In this document: positions 1 to 14,000 of the stretch, piece after piece | Position numbering within the stretch: position 1 is the first letter of the stretch | How the letters are laid out: every line of letters begins with the position of its first letter | NCBI RefSeq assembly: GCF_964204645.1 | Contig: NC_134035.1 | Span: 9,084,451 to 9,148,450, forward strand | DNA: 64,000 nt | DNA from: Tubulanus polymorphus | Lineage: Eukaryota; Animalia; Nemertea | Direction: 5' to 3' | Made by a program: the position numbers and the translations under genes | Notes under the pieces: model-generated | What the model saw: the letters and a program-made list of their open reading frames with translations, nothing else | The model's database searches: none | Told to the model about the DNA's origin: nothing

Positions 1-342
1 TTTTCATTATTTTTGTGGTATTCTCAATGGATTATCGTTAATAGTAGTGTTTTATCAATGGAACTCAAAGGTAAAACTTGGTAGAACCTTTAGCCTATAC
101 AAAGAGTAAGAAACTGTCTAATGTATTACCATACGAGGAAGGGCGTAATGTATTACCAGGAGTGCATCTAACATATTACCAAATAAAGACATGTAGTCTG
201 ATGTATTACCATACAATGACAGGGTGTATAATATTACCAGGAGTGAATTTAATGTTTTACCAAGTCAAGACATCTAATCTAATATATTACCAAGTATGTT
301 TGTTGGATGTAATGTATTACTGGATGCGCGAAAATTTGTAAT

Positions 343-3300
343 ACCTGAATAATTTTTTCATGACGTAGATACTGTAACATTGTAGGTTCATCTTTCGTCA
401 GTATCGGGATATAATCACTCTCCTTTTCTCGTACCCACCAGTCGACTTGTGAATGCCTGAAAACACCACGAAACAAAGCATTTTACAATCAAACTTTAAT
501 CAGGGGCCGGTTGCATAGTCATGGCTTAGACTTAAGACCAGTCTAAAACCTAAAATCAATATAATATCTTAGAACCAGTCTAAACTCACTTAGGTTCTAT
601 AACCAATCTAACAACTTAAGACATGTATAAGCTCATTTTGGTTCTATAATCAATCTAACAACTTAAGACAGGTATAAGCTCATTTTGGTTCTATAATCAA
701 TCTAACAACTTAAGACCAGTCTAAGCTCATTTAGGTTCTATAATCAATCTAACAACTTAAGACCACTCTAAGACCATCTTAGCTCTATAGCCAATCTAAC
801 AACTTTAAACCAGTCTTAAGACCATTTTCAAGCTTAAGTCATGACTTCACCCAGCCCTAGAAACTAATTAGCATTAGGTATACTCACCATTTATGTTGTC
901 TATCATATCGAGTGTAATGATACTTGTACAACGTAGCTTTCATATAGATCGGTGGCTTATTCGGAAACGGGTTTTTCTCCAACAACTCTATAACTACAAT
1001 CACAAAAAACGCAGTTGAAAGAGGATATGGAGAAATATCTCAGATTAACAGACTCATCAAAGAGATAGAAGATATTAGATAATCTTTAATGATTAGATAA
1101 TTTCTTATAACTTATGAACTATTCACTTAAAGAAATCTCTCCAATTCGATCGGACATTCCCTAAAGTTTGAAAGTTTTCAGGTCTGAGACGAGTAGAACG
1201 ACTACGACCGCTGTTAATTTCCACACGAAAAACTAACCTTCTTTTTGTCCCGTGAGCAAACGATAAACGAGATTAATAAACCATGGATTATGCTGATAAT
1301 TTCCGAGCGCGGCGAACCACATTTGCCAGTCGAGTCGCGGTTGATGCGGAGCTACAATTCATACAGAAAAAAACACGGTCACCAAACAGTTCATTTATCG
1401 GCGATCACGGATCAATGAACTCCGAAATCTACACATTTTTCCACATCTTTTAATCAGTGTCTACATAGATCAGTTATTCGTTGTTTTCAAGGAGAAAATT
1501 TCAAATTTCAAGCAGTGTCTGCATCACTTTCATATCCCAGTTACTGTAGACTCTGCGTAAATCGGTACTATTTATCTCGGTAAACAATTAATTGGTTTTG
1601 TAAGCAAAATGTTTATGCCATGCAATACAGAACTAGGGTTCTTATTTGGAAACCTTTAAAAAAAATTCTGGTCCAAAGAGAATCGATTCAGGTGTAGTTT
1701 ACTATACAACTACATACATTACATGAATAAGTCAGTGGGTCGAGGGTATTTAAGAGAAAAAAATCTGATATTTGTAAGTAATACTTACCCACAATTGGCG
1801 GCATTACTGAGGTATTTCCTGGTTTATATAAGAAATCGTATTCGTGCCACGGTCCTTGTAACGAATTGCTGCCTTCGATTACGAGTTCAGGACGACCGCC
1901 GACACCCGTCATTCTAAATACATGTAGTGAAACGATGAAGATTTCAGACACCGCTATGAAAACACGTTAAATTATCACGCCTTTTTTTTATTCGAATTTC
2001 GGTACTTAAATCATAAAATTCACCAGACAAGAAACGAAGGTGTCAATGTGCACGAAACTAAAGCTTATTAAAATAAATGCCAAGTTACGCAGTCACAACT
2101 TAAATCAGATCAGTTTTATTGAAAAATGTAAAATTGATGTCAAGGACCCAGTTGCATAGTCATCACTTGAGTACAACAGTGATGGTCATAAATCGTACAG
2201 CTGTCCTTAAGCTTAAGCTCAGGCCGACTAACGACCCAATCAGATCATCGGAAGATCATCGATCCGCGATTTTACTTATATGACTGTGATGGATTGATCG
2301 CAGACTCGTCGTAGGCCAAATGGCAAGGATAGAACCAGTTCTGTTTTCTATAACCCGATCAGATCATCGTAGCCAGTCAGCGACGAGTTATGCATCACAT
2401 GACCTTTAAACTCCGCGATGATGGAGTCGTAACCGACCCGCGTGCTGTTACGACGCCACGACTCAACGGTCATGTGTTTACTACCGCTGTTCCTACGACG
2501 AGATGAACGGCTCGTAAGTTGGCCTGAGCTGAGCGTTTAGATTGACAGTGGATGGTCTCAAACTGGGGCCAATTGCTCAAAAGTTGGTTAAAGATAACCG
2601 GCGGATAGATACCATAGTAACAACGCAATTTCAATTGTCACTATGTCAACTATCCACTGGTTAACTCTAAACTTTTGAGCAACTAACCCCGGGTCTTCAA
2701 TAAAAGCCACGAATGTGCAACTGGCCCCAACAGTTTCCTAAGATTAAAACTGATCGTAAGATTAAGTAATGAATAGGCAACAAGAGAGATCAAGAATCAC
2801 CGCAAGATAAACATTATAATATGACGTAACAAACAGGTTTTAAGTAATAAACACAACGGTGAAGTTTTTAGACATAAGAAAGACGAAGAAAATCAAAATG
2901 TTAAATTCACCGGAAGAAAAAGATAGTCTTACGTGCGAAACAGGCCATAAGAGCTGGCAAGCTGCAAGCGGTCTACTTTATTAAATGCAGTTTGTAACGA
3001 AGGCCACAGACTTCGATACGCGTTCACCTCTAAACCACTGGTATACGGAACCTAAAAATACCAAACAAAAAAACCACACCTCTCAGATTCACACCGACGA
3101 CATACCGAGAAACACAATATATACGATCTATCAACACCTCAAAAATCACTCAATTCAAAAGAACACCAGTCAGGAACAGGCATCGATAATGTGTGCGTTT
3201 ATTAATAATAAGGGGTGGGAGGAAAAATGTGAAACTAACTGAAATAAACTGAAAATTAAATTGTAATATATAACAACAGGGTTCCTACCGGTTATGAATT

Positions 3301-5021
3301 TTCCACGCCCTTAAGCTACACATCGCCAACTAGAACAGGCAATATAGACCCATTCGAAGTGAAGTCAAAGTGCATATTATCAATACCATCGACATATTTT
3401 TTTCATAATGTTTGTTATCAAATGTGTAGTAAGACATTTAGGCATAAAGCCTGAAATTTGAAATAGGAAAATTTCATTTTGAGACCGTTTTCTGATGTTC
3501 CATACCTCTTCCATTCCCATTTACCAAAACTGTCCAAAACCTTGAAGAACCCTGTTTTATTACAAGCAACAGTCGTTTTAATCAGAACCAGTCTCTGAGA
3601 AACGGAGAACGAAATTGTCAAGTTCTCAGTTTTAGAGACAATCGGTGATTATTGCGACCTGTGTCTGTTATGAATAACCAGTGAAAGCATTAGAATTAAA
3701 ATAATACGAACATTGAAACCCTCACTAATTACAAAACTATAGTCATTGAACATTTTCAGGGTGGCCACTTTTTCTCAGACTATGCCCTGACATGTGCATT
3801 GTTTTCTCTGACTTGATCTGCTAAGAATCCAATCAATTAACACAGTCAAATACATACAATATAAATAGAAACTGTTTGATCATACGTGTAATGTATCTCA
3901 ATACATTTCCCAGACTTTTCCCTGATTTTCAGCCGTTTTACAAAATTCCCGATTTCCAGGTTAGGTGGCTACGCTGAAATTGTTCAGAATTCAAAATCTA
4001 TGATTGCATGAGAGGCTCAATGTTAGGGTTGTTAATGATAACTGATCCCGCTTTACTACTACCTGCGAAATAGTCCGTATCCACTGGTTATGTGGAACGG
4101 ACGCGTCGTCTCGTACCACGTTTTGACTTGTGGCCACTTTTTAAGGTTCATTTTATTCGCTAATCTTGCATGAGGTACCTATACATACACGAGATACATC
4201 ATATGCCGATCACTACATACGCCAGGTTCCCTTTATGCCTGAAACCCGACCCACAAAGACTCATATATCCTAGGTTCGGAAATTACTCCTGGGTGGCCCA
4301 AGTTGCACAGTCGTGACTTAAGTCCAAAAGTGGTCTTGAAACTTAAGACTGATCTTAAGTTGTTAGGTTGACTATAGAACTAAGTTGGTCTAAGACTGAT
4401 CTTAAATCTAAGCCATGACTGTGCATAGGGCCATTGGGTCCAGTTTTTATTACTGAAATTATTGGAATGGCTATAGGACCGAAATAGGCTTAGACCGGTC
4501 TTAAGTTAGAACCATAGTGGGTGCACTAAAAGACCGGTCATGAATCATTGGCCATTGGAATTAGAAAATTCATGTCTTTAATGAGGACAACGATTCAAGC
4601 TTAACTGTTTTCAGCAAGTTTTTTCTCAAACTGGACCCTGGGCTATAGATCTATGTCATGAATGTACAACTATTGCAGCCCATTGTTGAGAATTTCCTAA
4701 ATTCCAAAAGCGTGAACTCACCAAACTGACTCCGAACATCATTCCGGCTAAAGCCGAAAATAACAACGTTCCTAAAAGTGCCGAAAACTTCTTCGGTAAA
4801 CCACGTTCCCGCAAAGACCTGAAATCAAAGACACGAATCGATTCTTTAATGTGAAAAGACCAGCAACAATAAATTGATTCAGTTAATTTAAGGGATCACT
4901 GACCTGTATATAGCCGTCAGTACTTCAAGACCTAATGACGCTATACCCACATAGATCGTTACCGGAACAGCCTTCTCCAACCAGTTATCAAACTCTTTAC
5001 GCGTAAAACCTGTGAATGATG

Positions 5022-5055
<34 letters not shown>

Positions 5056-8000
5056 TAATACATTGTTCTTATATGGCACGAGGATCCTATGGTGCAGTTC
5101 AAATGCGCCCCTCTGCGAAAATCTTATCGTAATAGTCACAGAACAAGGCGGTTTTGAAGCAGTCTTTTAAACTGGTCCGCATTGAGATGACACAAATCCG
5201 AAAGACTTGGATTCATTCCAAAGTCTTGGCGATAGACGTGAGGAAGCTCGCTGTCCAAAAGTTGAAGTGTCTAAAGTAGGGTCGGATATAGTCTGTTTTG
5301 AAATGCTGATCGAAGACTATGTGGAGGAAAAATCCGGAAAAACAATGATTTCTAATAATTCAGATTTTCTTAATCAGAATGCTTGCAAAAGAGTAAAATA
5401 TTACAGGAGCCATTTGCCATGACCAACTGTCGTCGATTCACTCCGATTTGACTCTGAATATTTCATACCTATTTTTGATTCGATTTGCCAGTTCTGTTTG
5501 TTGAGCGTGAGATTGAAGTATTTAATCGTGCTGTAGATGATGTAGATGATAACGGCGAGAACGGTGACCTTCGTGAACAGACGGACGAGGAAACCGACGA
5601 CCGGTATACTATCAATACCTTCTCTAAACGTTACTGCAACAACAAATACAAAATCTATCATTATTAAGAAGGGTCTCTTAGAGAGACCAGCACACACGGG
5701 CCGCCACTTTCCGCCCATTTTTACAAATCTTTGATTTTTCCATGTGATTACAAAGATTCCCAGAATGAATCAGAGAAATTACTAGGTTTAAAATGTAACA
5801 ATTCATTCATTTTCAATTGAATCATGTACTGATAAAGAAACATGTGGTCAATAACATTATTCGAATTCCCTGAATTTTCAAGGTTTTTGATAAAATTTGT
5901 CAAATTCCCTGATTTTCTCTAGATTTTTTTTAGTGCATTTCGAATGTTTTAAACCCAGAATTGATTTCCACTCCGAAACCCGGCTAAATCTCTTTAAGTT
6001 TAAAATCATCCCGGAGCAAAGACTTCACAAAGTTTTATACCATAGATCTAAAATACTCAATCTTTAACTTAACTCGATCGACTTTACAGTTATTCTCGAA
6101 TTATTCAATTACCTTTGCGTCTCTTTTTGAGCGAGAACAAATAGTCGTCGTCGAGTAACGAGATGCACAGCGCCATCGTGAGGAAATTAAAGAAATTATA
6201 ATTGCCCGTCAAAATAATCATCACTTGAAGCAACATCTGCAAAATACGATTTAAAGAATATTTTCTGATTTAGACTCGTGACATTTCTTTTGATTAGGAA
6301 TGAAAAAGAATTTAGAACCAGCTGGTCAGCCAAACGCTTTGAATGGCATATAGAGTTACATTAGAAAATCTCCTAAAATGGGGTGGGGGGGGGTCCTATG
6401 CAAACCCCATAAACCTTTATCATAGATTTACAAGACTGTTAACCTCTAAAAAGTGCTATCAGTAACAAATTGAATTTTTTTTGGTAACATTTCATTGAAA
6501 TATATGAAAGAAAATGTTCAAATTAATCAGTTATCAACAGTACGACCCTCAGTAACATCTTTCCTGTTTCTGTACGCATCAAACTAATCAAAACAGCATT
6601 TCTCATTAGTAGAGAAAGTAAGAAATACTGAAAATCGGGAACAGTTGACAGCTCTATAGATCTAAAGGGCTAAGTCACTTCTCACAACACGTAAAACTAA
6701 ATGAACATTTATTTGAGCGGTTCATTCACTAGTTGTACAAACAACAACCAGTTTATTAGCTTATACAAACTCAACCATAACGCTTCCTATTATCAGCACT
6801 GCAAAACAGAGGAGTCTTAAATACACAATAACGCCTGAACCAAGGAAGAGGTCAGTTTCTTTTTTGACAGTAGTAGTTAACGGTACGTTTAGAAATAGAT
6901 TTCATTGCTCATAAAATTCCACAAATCAAGACTGAAATGTTTCCTCGATCTAACGCTTTATTCAACGTTTCGACTACATTCTTCTAAACTTCAGCATTTC
7001 TGAAGATGACTATAAGGATATACAGTTGAGAAGCGTTGAATAAACTATCAGCTCAAGGAAACATTTCATTCTTGGTTCTTCATTTGAAGCGTGGGATTTT
7101 CGAAGTCATCGTCACGACGCAACATTTCATCAACGGTGGTAATAGAGATAGATTTCATGGAATTCTGATAGGCTTTAATTTCCAAAATGTTTGAAATCGA
7201 AGCACCATCACTAGGGCTCGGTACTGGTAAAGTATTCCCGATTGCTACGAAGACGATGTTCCATGTTTGTTCGCACCATCGGAATAATCGACAGAACGCA
7301 AATATTACTGTCAGCATGAACTGAATCTCAACTCGGAGGTGTTGTTAGCGCTGCTCCGAGCACGCTCACCGCCAAAGCTTGAGAATTTCAAACTCCATTA
7401 TTCAACTATAGTAAGGTAGCGTTTAATGGGCGCTGTAATCATTCACCATGGTGATATATCACACACCTGTACCGCAGTGAAATATCGCTATTCTCAATTC
7501 TAATTAATGATACATTTTCAGCGGGCAATCGAGTGTATCGCATTGTTATACACACACATAAAGCTCTACTCAGGACGTCGCCGATGACCTCAACTAAATC
7601 ATTACGCTCATTTTTGTAAAAAAAAGCGGATGGTTTTATTGATAGCAGCGCGAATGATTATGGATATTCTTCAAGCGAGTTTTAAATAAAAGAGCAAATC
7701 GTTTTTACAGTAAGATGGAAGAAGAGTTGGTAGGAGATGGACACCGGCCGACAGAAGATGAGGTCTTCGTCAAGAATGATGAAATCGCTATTCAGCAGGT
7801 ACGCATTAACTCATAGGTCCAATAGAAATCATTCTTACACTAAACACTCAAATAACGCATACTAAATTCAGTGTTCTCCGCAACAGGTTTTAGTAGGGTG
7901 ACCAACCCTTTCATTTTTACATTCACCCCTCTGAAAATCAGCCGTCAAAATATCTTACAAAATATCTCATGCCCCTGTACTACCAGAGTCGATGTCAATA

Positions 8001-11000
8001 TTCTATCAATTCTGATAATTGCTTTGAAATGTATTGCATGGTATATGTGCAAAAATAGAAGAAAGATTACAACGAAATCATTAAGGTTGAATTTTCTGTA
8101 TTTTTTGGGAGATCAAAAGAGCCTTGCTAATTCAGCAGCCACCATGTCAGCCCGTATAGAAGTCGAGCGTTGGAGAACACCGACTAATATTCTATAACAA
8201 ATCAAATATCCGCGGAAAATATTTCAAGATGAATCTATTCAATTCTGAAACCATTGTTTCTATATAATTCTGCGTTGTTCTTCCAAGCGTTCTTTCCTCC
8301 AAGAAATCCACCTGCGAACGTTCTAAGCATAAATAAAACTAACGTATTAACGGGACATTTGTACCGTAGGGGCTTCGTGAAAGTGAGTATGATCGACTGC
8401 GGCAATTAATTACACGTAGCCATGGTTCGCATTCAAATACCCGAACGACGAATAGCTTTTATGATTTACGATCAAAGCTAATCAAATTCTCTACTAATCG
8501 TCAACCTGTATACCACCGCTGCTGTGAGTCAAGTGCAGCTTGAAAGCAACTGAGAGTAGAGGAGAGTAGAAAGAAGTAGTATTTCGTCAGAATAATTATG
8601 GTTTCATTCGATTAATTAGTTTATACCTAAAGAGTTGATTAAAGCTAACACGAGATTAGAGCGGATATGTTTTTATAAGTAAGGGGGGGTAGTGCTGTAA
8701 GACGAGCATTGTATGAAGTCAGTCGACCGGAACCATTATACAGGTTTACAGTACAATACTGATCAACGGGCAAACCTGTCCTAACAACCACAAACACATA
8801 TACATACACGCAGACGTAGGGCTGTCGTGCGTGCGAACCCATAAATATTCAACCGAACGCATTAAACGGACGGATTTTATGAGAAATATTTACAATGAGC
8901 TTTTGATTTTATTACGAGGTATGTTTTATAGCCGTGTATAGAATGGATAGAAATCTGTGAATATTTCATGTCATAGTTATTAGTAGTCTCCTGTCTGAAA
9001 AAAAAAAATATCTATTTGTTATATGCTACAAAAATAATGAAGACAGGGCGGCTACTTTTATTTGACTTGGTTATTTCGCTGACTATTCCCAAGTCGTGTA
9101 AGTTGTTTTCCCTGACTTGATCTGCTAAGAATTCAATGAATTGAACACAGTCAAATACGCAGAACATAGACAGAAATCTTTTGATTTTATGCGCGATCTA
9201 ACATTCTCTACAAATTTTCCCGAGTTTTCCCCTCATTTATAGCTTTTCCACAAAATTCCGCGACTTTCATGAAGCAAAGAAAATTCTCTGACTTTTTCCT
9301 GATTTCCGGGTATAAAGTGACCACCCCGACTAATATAAGCTGTAGTTCGAGGCACCGAAACGCACAGCAAATTGTCCGCCCAACAGTTAGAAATAAATCA
9401 AATTAAACAATTCTCGTCCTGATAACAATAAAACTTGTCGTAAAGTTTATCACGATGTGATATAAGATATTGTCAATTTATATTGACAGTTAACACTGAT
9501 AAATAACCCTTTCGCGCGATGCTCGCTTATAGTGTTTGTGTGACATCATTAATCAAATATACAGATTATCGAAACATATACAGTCTACATATATATTTAT
9601 AAATATATGGATAGCTGATATGCGAAACGGCTTTTGTTTCGTTTTTTAAGTTGTGTCAAGTAACAATTAACAACAGTCTTCTTGAACGGTAACTAAGTGG
9701 TAGGAATATACATCTTAGGGATGGCGAGTTGTCTAAAAGTCGACCGTGCCACGAGCACTACTGATTTACCGAAACCGGTAAATTTACAGCAGGTTCGTTT
9801 TTTCTGAAAAAATCTGTATTGTATATCGATTTTTTAGCATTACGCATAACGTCGTTATGTATTAATCTTCTCAAGTGATTGCCCGACCGCTGGTTGGGAC
9901 GAAGGATGAACAATAAGGAGTGGAATCTCATCACAACGAACTTAATATTAACAAATAAGCCCTAAGTAGATAATTAGAAAAGTTTATCATCCGACAGTTT
10001 TGGGGTAACTTCTAAACCCCGACATCAGAGAAACTAAAATCGATTTGTTACCTCTACACTGGGATTAATATCAGTTCGTTATAATCAGGAACTTAATATG
10101 TTTGTTATACCCAATAGTTCCTTATATCCAGTATAAAAAAAATCACTAAAATTATCTTATTATCGGGATGAAATTCCAGGACTGTAATAACCAATGAATT
10201 TTCATATCCGAGGCAGGGGCGGATCCTGGGCCCTATCTCGAGGGGGTTCCAAATTGTATAGGGGCACTCACTATAATGGGGCGGGCATTTTCTATGTCAA
10301 AGCATAGCAAACAAGGGCACTAAAAATCAAACTTTTCAAAGGTTTTTACTACTCCAAATCAAGCCGAACAAGGGCACTTTTACGTCAAATCCATGGATAG
10401 GGGCATCTCCAAGGGACACAGACACAGCTCGACGGTATTCCAGAACCCTCAGAACCCCCCTGGATCTGCGCCTGTGAGGTCCCTGTAGATAATTCAGTAA
10501 CCAATGACTATCAATTTTAGGACACAGACCATATCGAGAGCGGCGACATGTCAGCGACGCAGAAAAAGTCAGTGAGCGGAACCTCCCCGAAAACTGGCTC
10601 GGCGCAACGCACCAGATCGAAGTCTCCACCGAAATCACCCGGACGAAAAAATACCGCCAAAAAAGGCAAAAAGAAAACGACGATTTCGACTCCGACAGAG
10701 AAAAACAGCTGGAAAGTCGTGGATTTCTCGTACCAGGGAATAACGGCTATTCCGAATAATATCTTCTCTAGTGAGTTACGAGCAAGTCTTAATCTTTTCA
10801 GCACATCTACACTGCAGTGCGGTGTATTAATCAGCAATGCACTTTTTGGTAAATTCACCGCATAGCGGTGTATTGATGTAATCAGTTATTACCTGCTCTC
10901 TGTATTGAAAGATGGCAGCACCTGATGAACGTAGTGAAATACGAGTATCTAACAATACATCGCACCGCGGTGTAGATGCACTTAAGCGGTATGCGCGTAA

Positions 11001-14000
11001 TTCAGCACACCGGGGTGAATTTTATCAAGATTTTCAAATCATCTCATGGATGAGCAATTTTGGATATCAATCAGCAATGGAGGGGTTTAAGCAAAGAAAT
11101 ATTTCATACCAAATCACTTTAAACTGAAAAGACTTCACTACCTAGTATGAGTTAACTGAGCTGTTGATACAAGTAGAAGATAACACAAATACAATCAACC
11201 CCCGATATACCGCCCACATCGGTGCAGAACGATTTTGGCGGTACATAGAGTATGGTGGTATATGGGGGGTGTTTTACTATGTATTTGTATAGAGATGTAC
11301 ATTGAGAAAACCTGGCGGTAGGCGAGGGTGGCGGTATAGACTATATTAACTGTATATATTGACTGTAGTGTTGAAAAGCAACATCGTTCTAGCCACTTAA
11401 AATCTCTCTTCGACTTTCAGAAAAAGAAGTCAGCGAATTACTTTTGCCGAGCAACAACATCCGATCGTTACCGACCGATATGAGAAAATTGCGCAACCTA
11501 ACGAAACTCGACATAAGTCGCAACGGTATCCGGTGCACGGGTCCCAACGATTACGGAGGTATGCCGAGCGAGATGGAAATGTTGACGAAACTGGAAACGT
11601 TGATCATGGCCGAGTGTAATTTTCGTTACATCCCGCCAGTCGTCTGGAAATTACAAAGTCTCCTATATCTGGACATCAGTCGTAATAAGATCAACGCGTT
11701 ATCGCCGGACGTCGGCAATCTTTACAAACTGCGTCGTTTGAATTGCCAGGAGACGAACATCTCGACGTTGCCGCCGGAGATCGTCTACTGCGACGACCTC
11801 GAGGAGCTGCTGCTGTGGGGCAACTCGATCGAGACGCTGCCCGAAACGATGGTCGAAATGACGAATCTCGAAACGCTGGCGATCAACGCGCAGGGATTCA
11901 CGCAACTCGTCGACTCGTACATGGAAACGCTGTTACAAAAAGGACAAATCCAGTCGGAGCACGTGCCGGCCGTTCTGTTCGAGATCCCGAAATTGAAAAA
12001 GCTCGATCTCGAAAACACGATGATCAACAACATTCCGTCGAGCGCCAATCGAACGCTACGCGAGCTCTACCTGAACGGCAATTTCTTCTCCGAAATCCCG
12101 ACCGCCGTTCTCAACATGGCCGCCCTCGCCGTGCTCGAAATATCTGACAATTACCTGAAAGCGATTCCGCACGAGATTCAGCTCGCCACGGGTTTGAAAT
12201 CGCTGAAAATGAACAACAATCAAATCGAGAAATTGCCGAAAGCCGTCTGTTCGATGACGAGTCTCGGGGTGCTGGAATTGGGCGGCAATCGTTTGCAAAA
12301 GTTGCCGCGCGACATCGGAAATTTGCGGCATTTGCGCAAGTTGATTCTCGATCGAAACGAACTGCGGATTCTTCCCGATTCGACGTGCGATCTCGCGAAT
12401 CTCGACACGCTCGACTTGACCGCGAATCAAATCGCCGAACTTCCGATCGACATGTACAAGCTGTCGTCGTTGACTACGGCGCATTGTTACCGCAAACTGT
12501 TCAAACACGGACTGTGGCTGCACTTGAATCCGTTGACCCTGCCGCCGGAACAAATCTGGAAAACCGACAACCCGAAAAACATCTACGACTACCTGAAACG
12601 ATGGAAGATTCTGAACACGGAGAATCTTCAACGTCTGAAGGTGATAACCGTCGGTGAACATCAGTGCGGTAAAACGAGTTTACTGAAATCGCTCGAATCC
12701 GGCAAATCGTATTTGACAAAACCTGTCGTCGATAGCACGGAGGTTTTCGCTCAGATGCACGGGCAAACGCCGAATAAAGTTCGGTTCTCGTTGTGGGAAC
12801 TCGGCGGGCACGAAGCGTATCAGGTGACGACTCCGCTGTTTCTCGGCGACAAGTGTTTATACATGCTCGTCTACGATCACGCCGCGTTTCGACCGGACAA
12901 GTTCAACGCGGCGATCGGTCAGTGGTTGAATCTGATCACGACGTACGCGCCGGGGAGCGTCGTCAAAATAGTCGGCACGAAACTCGATTTGCGCGATGAG
13001 GCAGACGGAGAGAATTTCGAAGCAGACGGAGGAAATTTTGAGGCAGACGGAAAAAGATTCGAGGCAGACGGAGAAAGATTCGAGGCAGACGGTGAAAGTT
13101 TCGAGGCAGACGGTAAAAGTTTCGTCGACACGAAATCACGAATAGTTAGACGAATGATCGCGCGACATCTAAACGAATGCGAAGACCAACTGAACGAGAC
13201 TTTGAATCGAATCCTAAAACTGATCGACGACGGTTCCGACGACACGACTACTTCTCGAAAACAACTCGAAAATCAGCGCGAACGACTCGAGTATCTGATC
13301 CGCAATCCGTTACGCGTCGAATCGCGGATCAATCTCGTAACGTCGATCGAAGGCACGGCTGGAATGAACGCATTGATATTCGACCTGGAATCGCTGATCA
13401 TACGGAAAGATCTATTCCCGCACAATCAACGCCACGTTCCCGTTTACTGGAAGAAACTGCAATCGCGTATCAAACAACACGACGGTCACTTCGTGACGAT
13501 CGAACGCGTTCGCGACTACGCGCGCGAGTTCAACATCGTCAACGCCGACGATCTGAACCATTGTCTCGCGCACCTCGTCGATATGGGCGAGATTATCTGG
13601 AAGTCGGACGACCCGCGTTTGAACGACTTCGTTTTTCACTCGCCGACGAAACTGGCCGCCGTTCTCGCGTGTCTGTTCCGCCACGACTTCGACGAGTATT
13701 TCGACTTCGATCGTAATCGCGTGTTCACGTGTAAAGGTCTCTACGACGACTACAACGACTTCACGAAGGCGAAAGACGACGTTTTCACGCACGGCGAAAT
13801 CCCGCGTCCGATTCTGCGGTGTTTGTGGTTTTATTTGCGTCTGCGCGAGGAACGATTCGTCGAGTTGTTGGATATTTTGTCGTCGTTGCGTTGCGCGTAC
13901 GTCGTGCCGCAGCCGACGATCACGACGCCGACGAGTTACCGCGAACCGCTCGTCGTTCTACCGTGGTACAACACGGACGTACAACCCGAGAACCTCGACG

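Noticed and set aside
110-320. 87-aa ORF over a degenerate ~38-bp tandem repeat (aatgtattacca...)
   Set aside because: Intronic low-complexity repeat with no coding evidence.
7066-7317. 83-aa minus-strand ORF within the LMF2 intron
   Set aside because: No recognisable domain or splice structure, and it lies next to degenerate repeat fragments.
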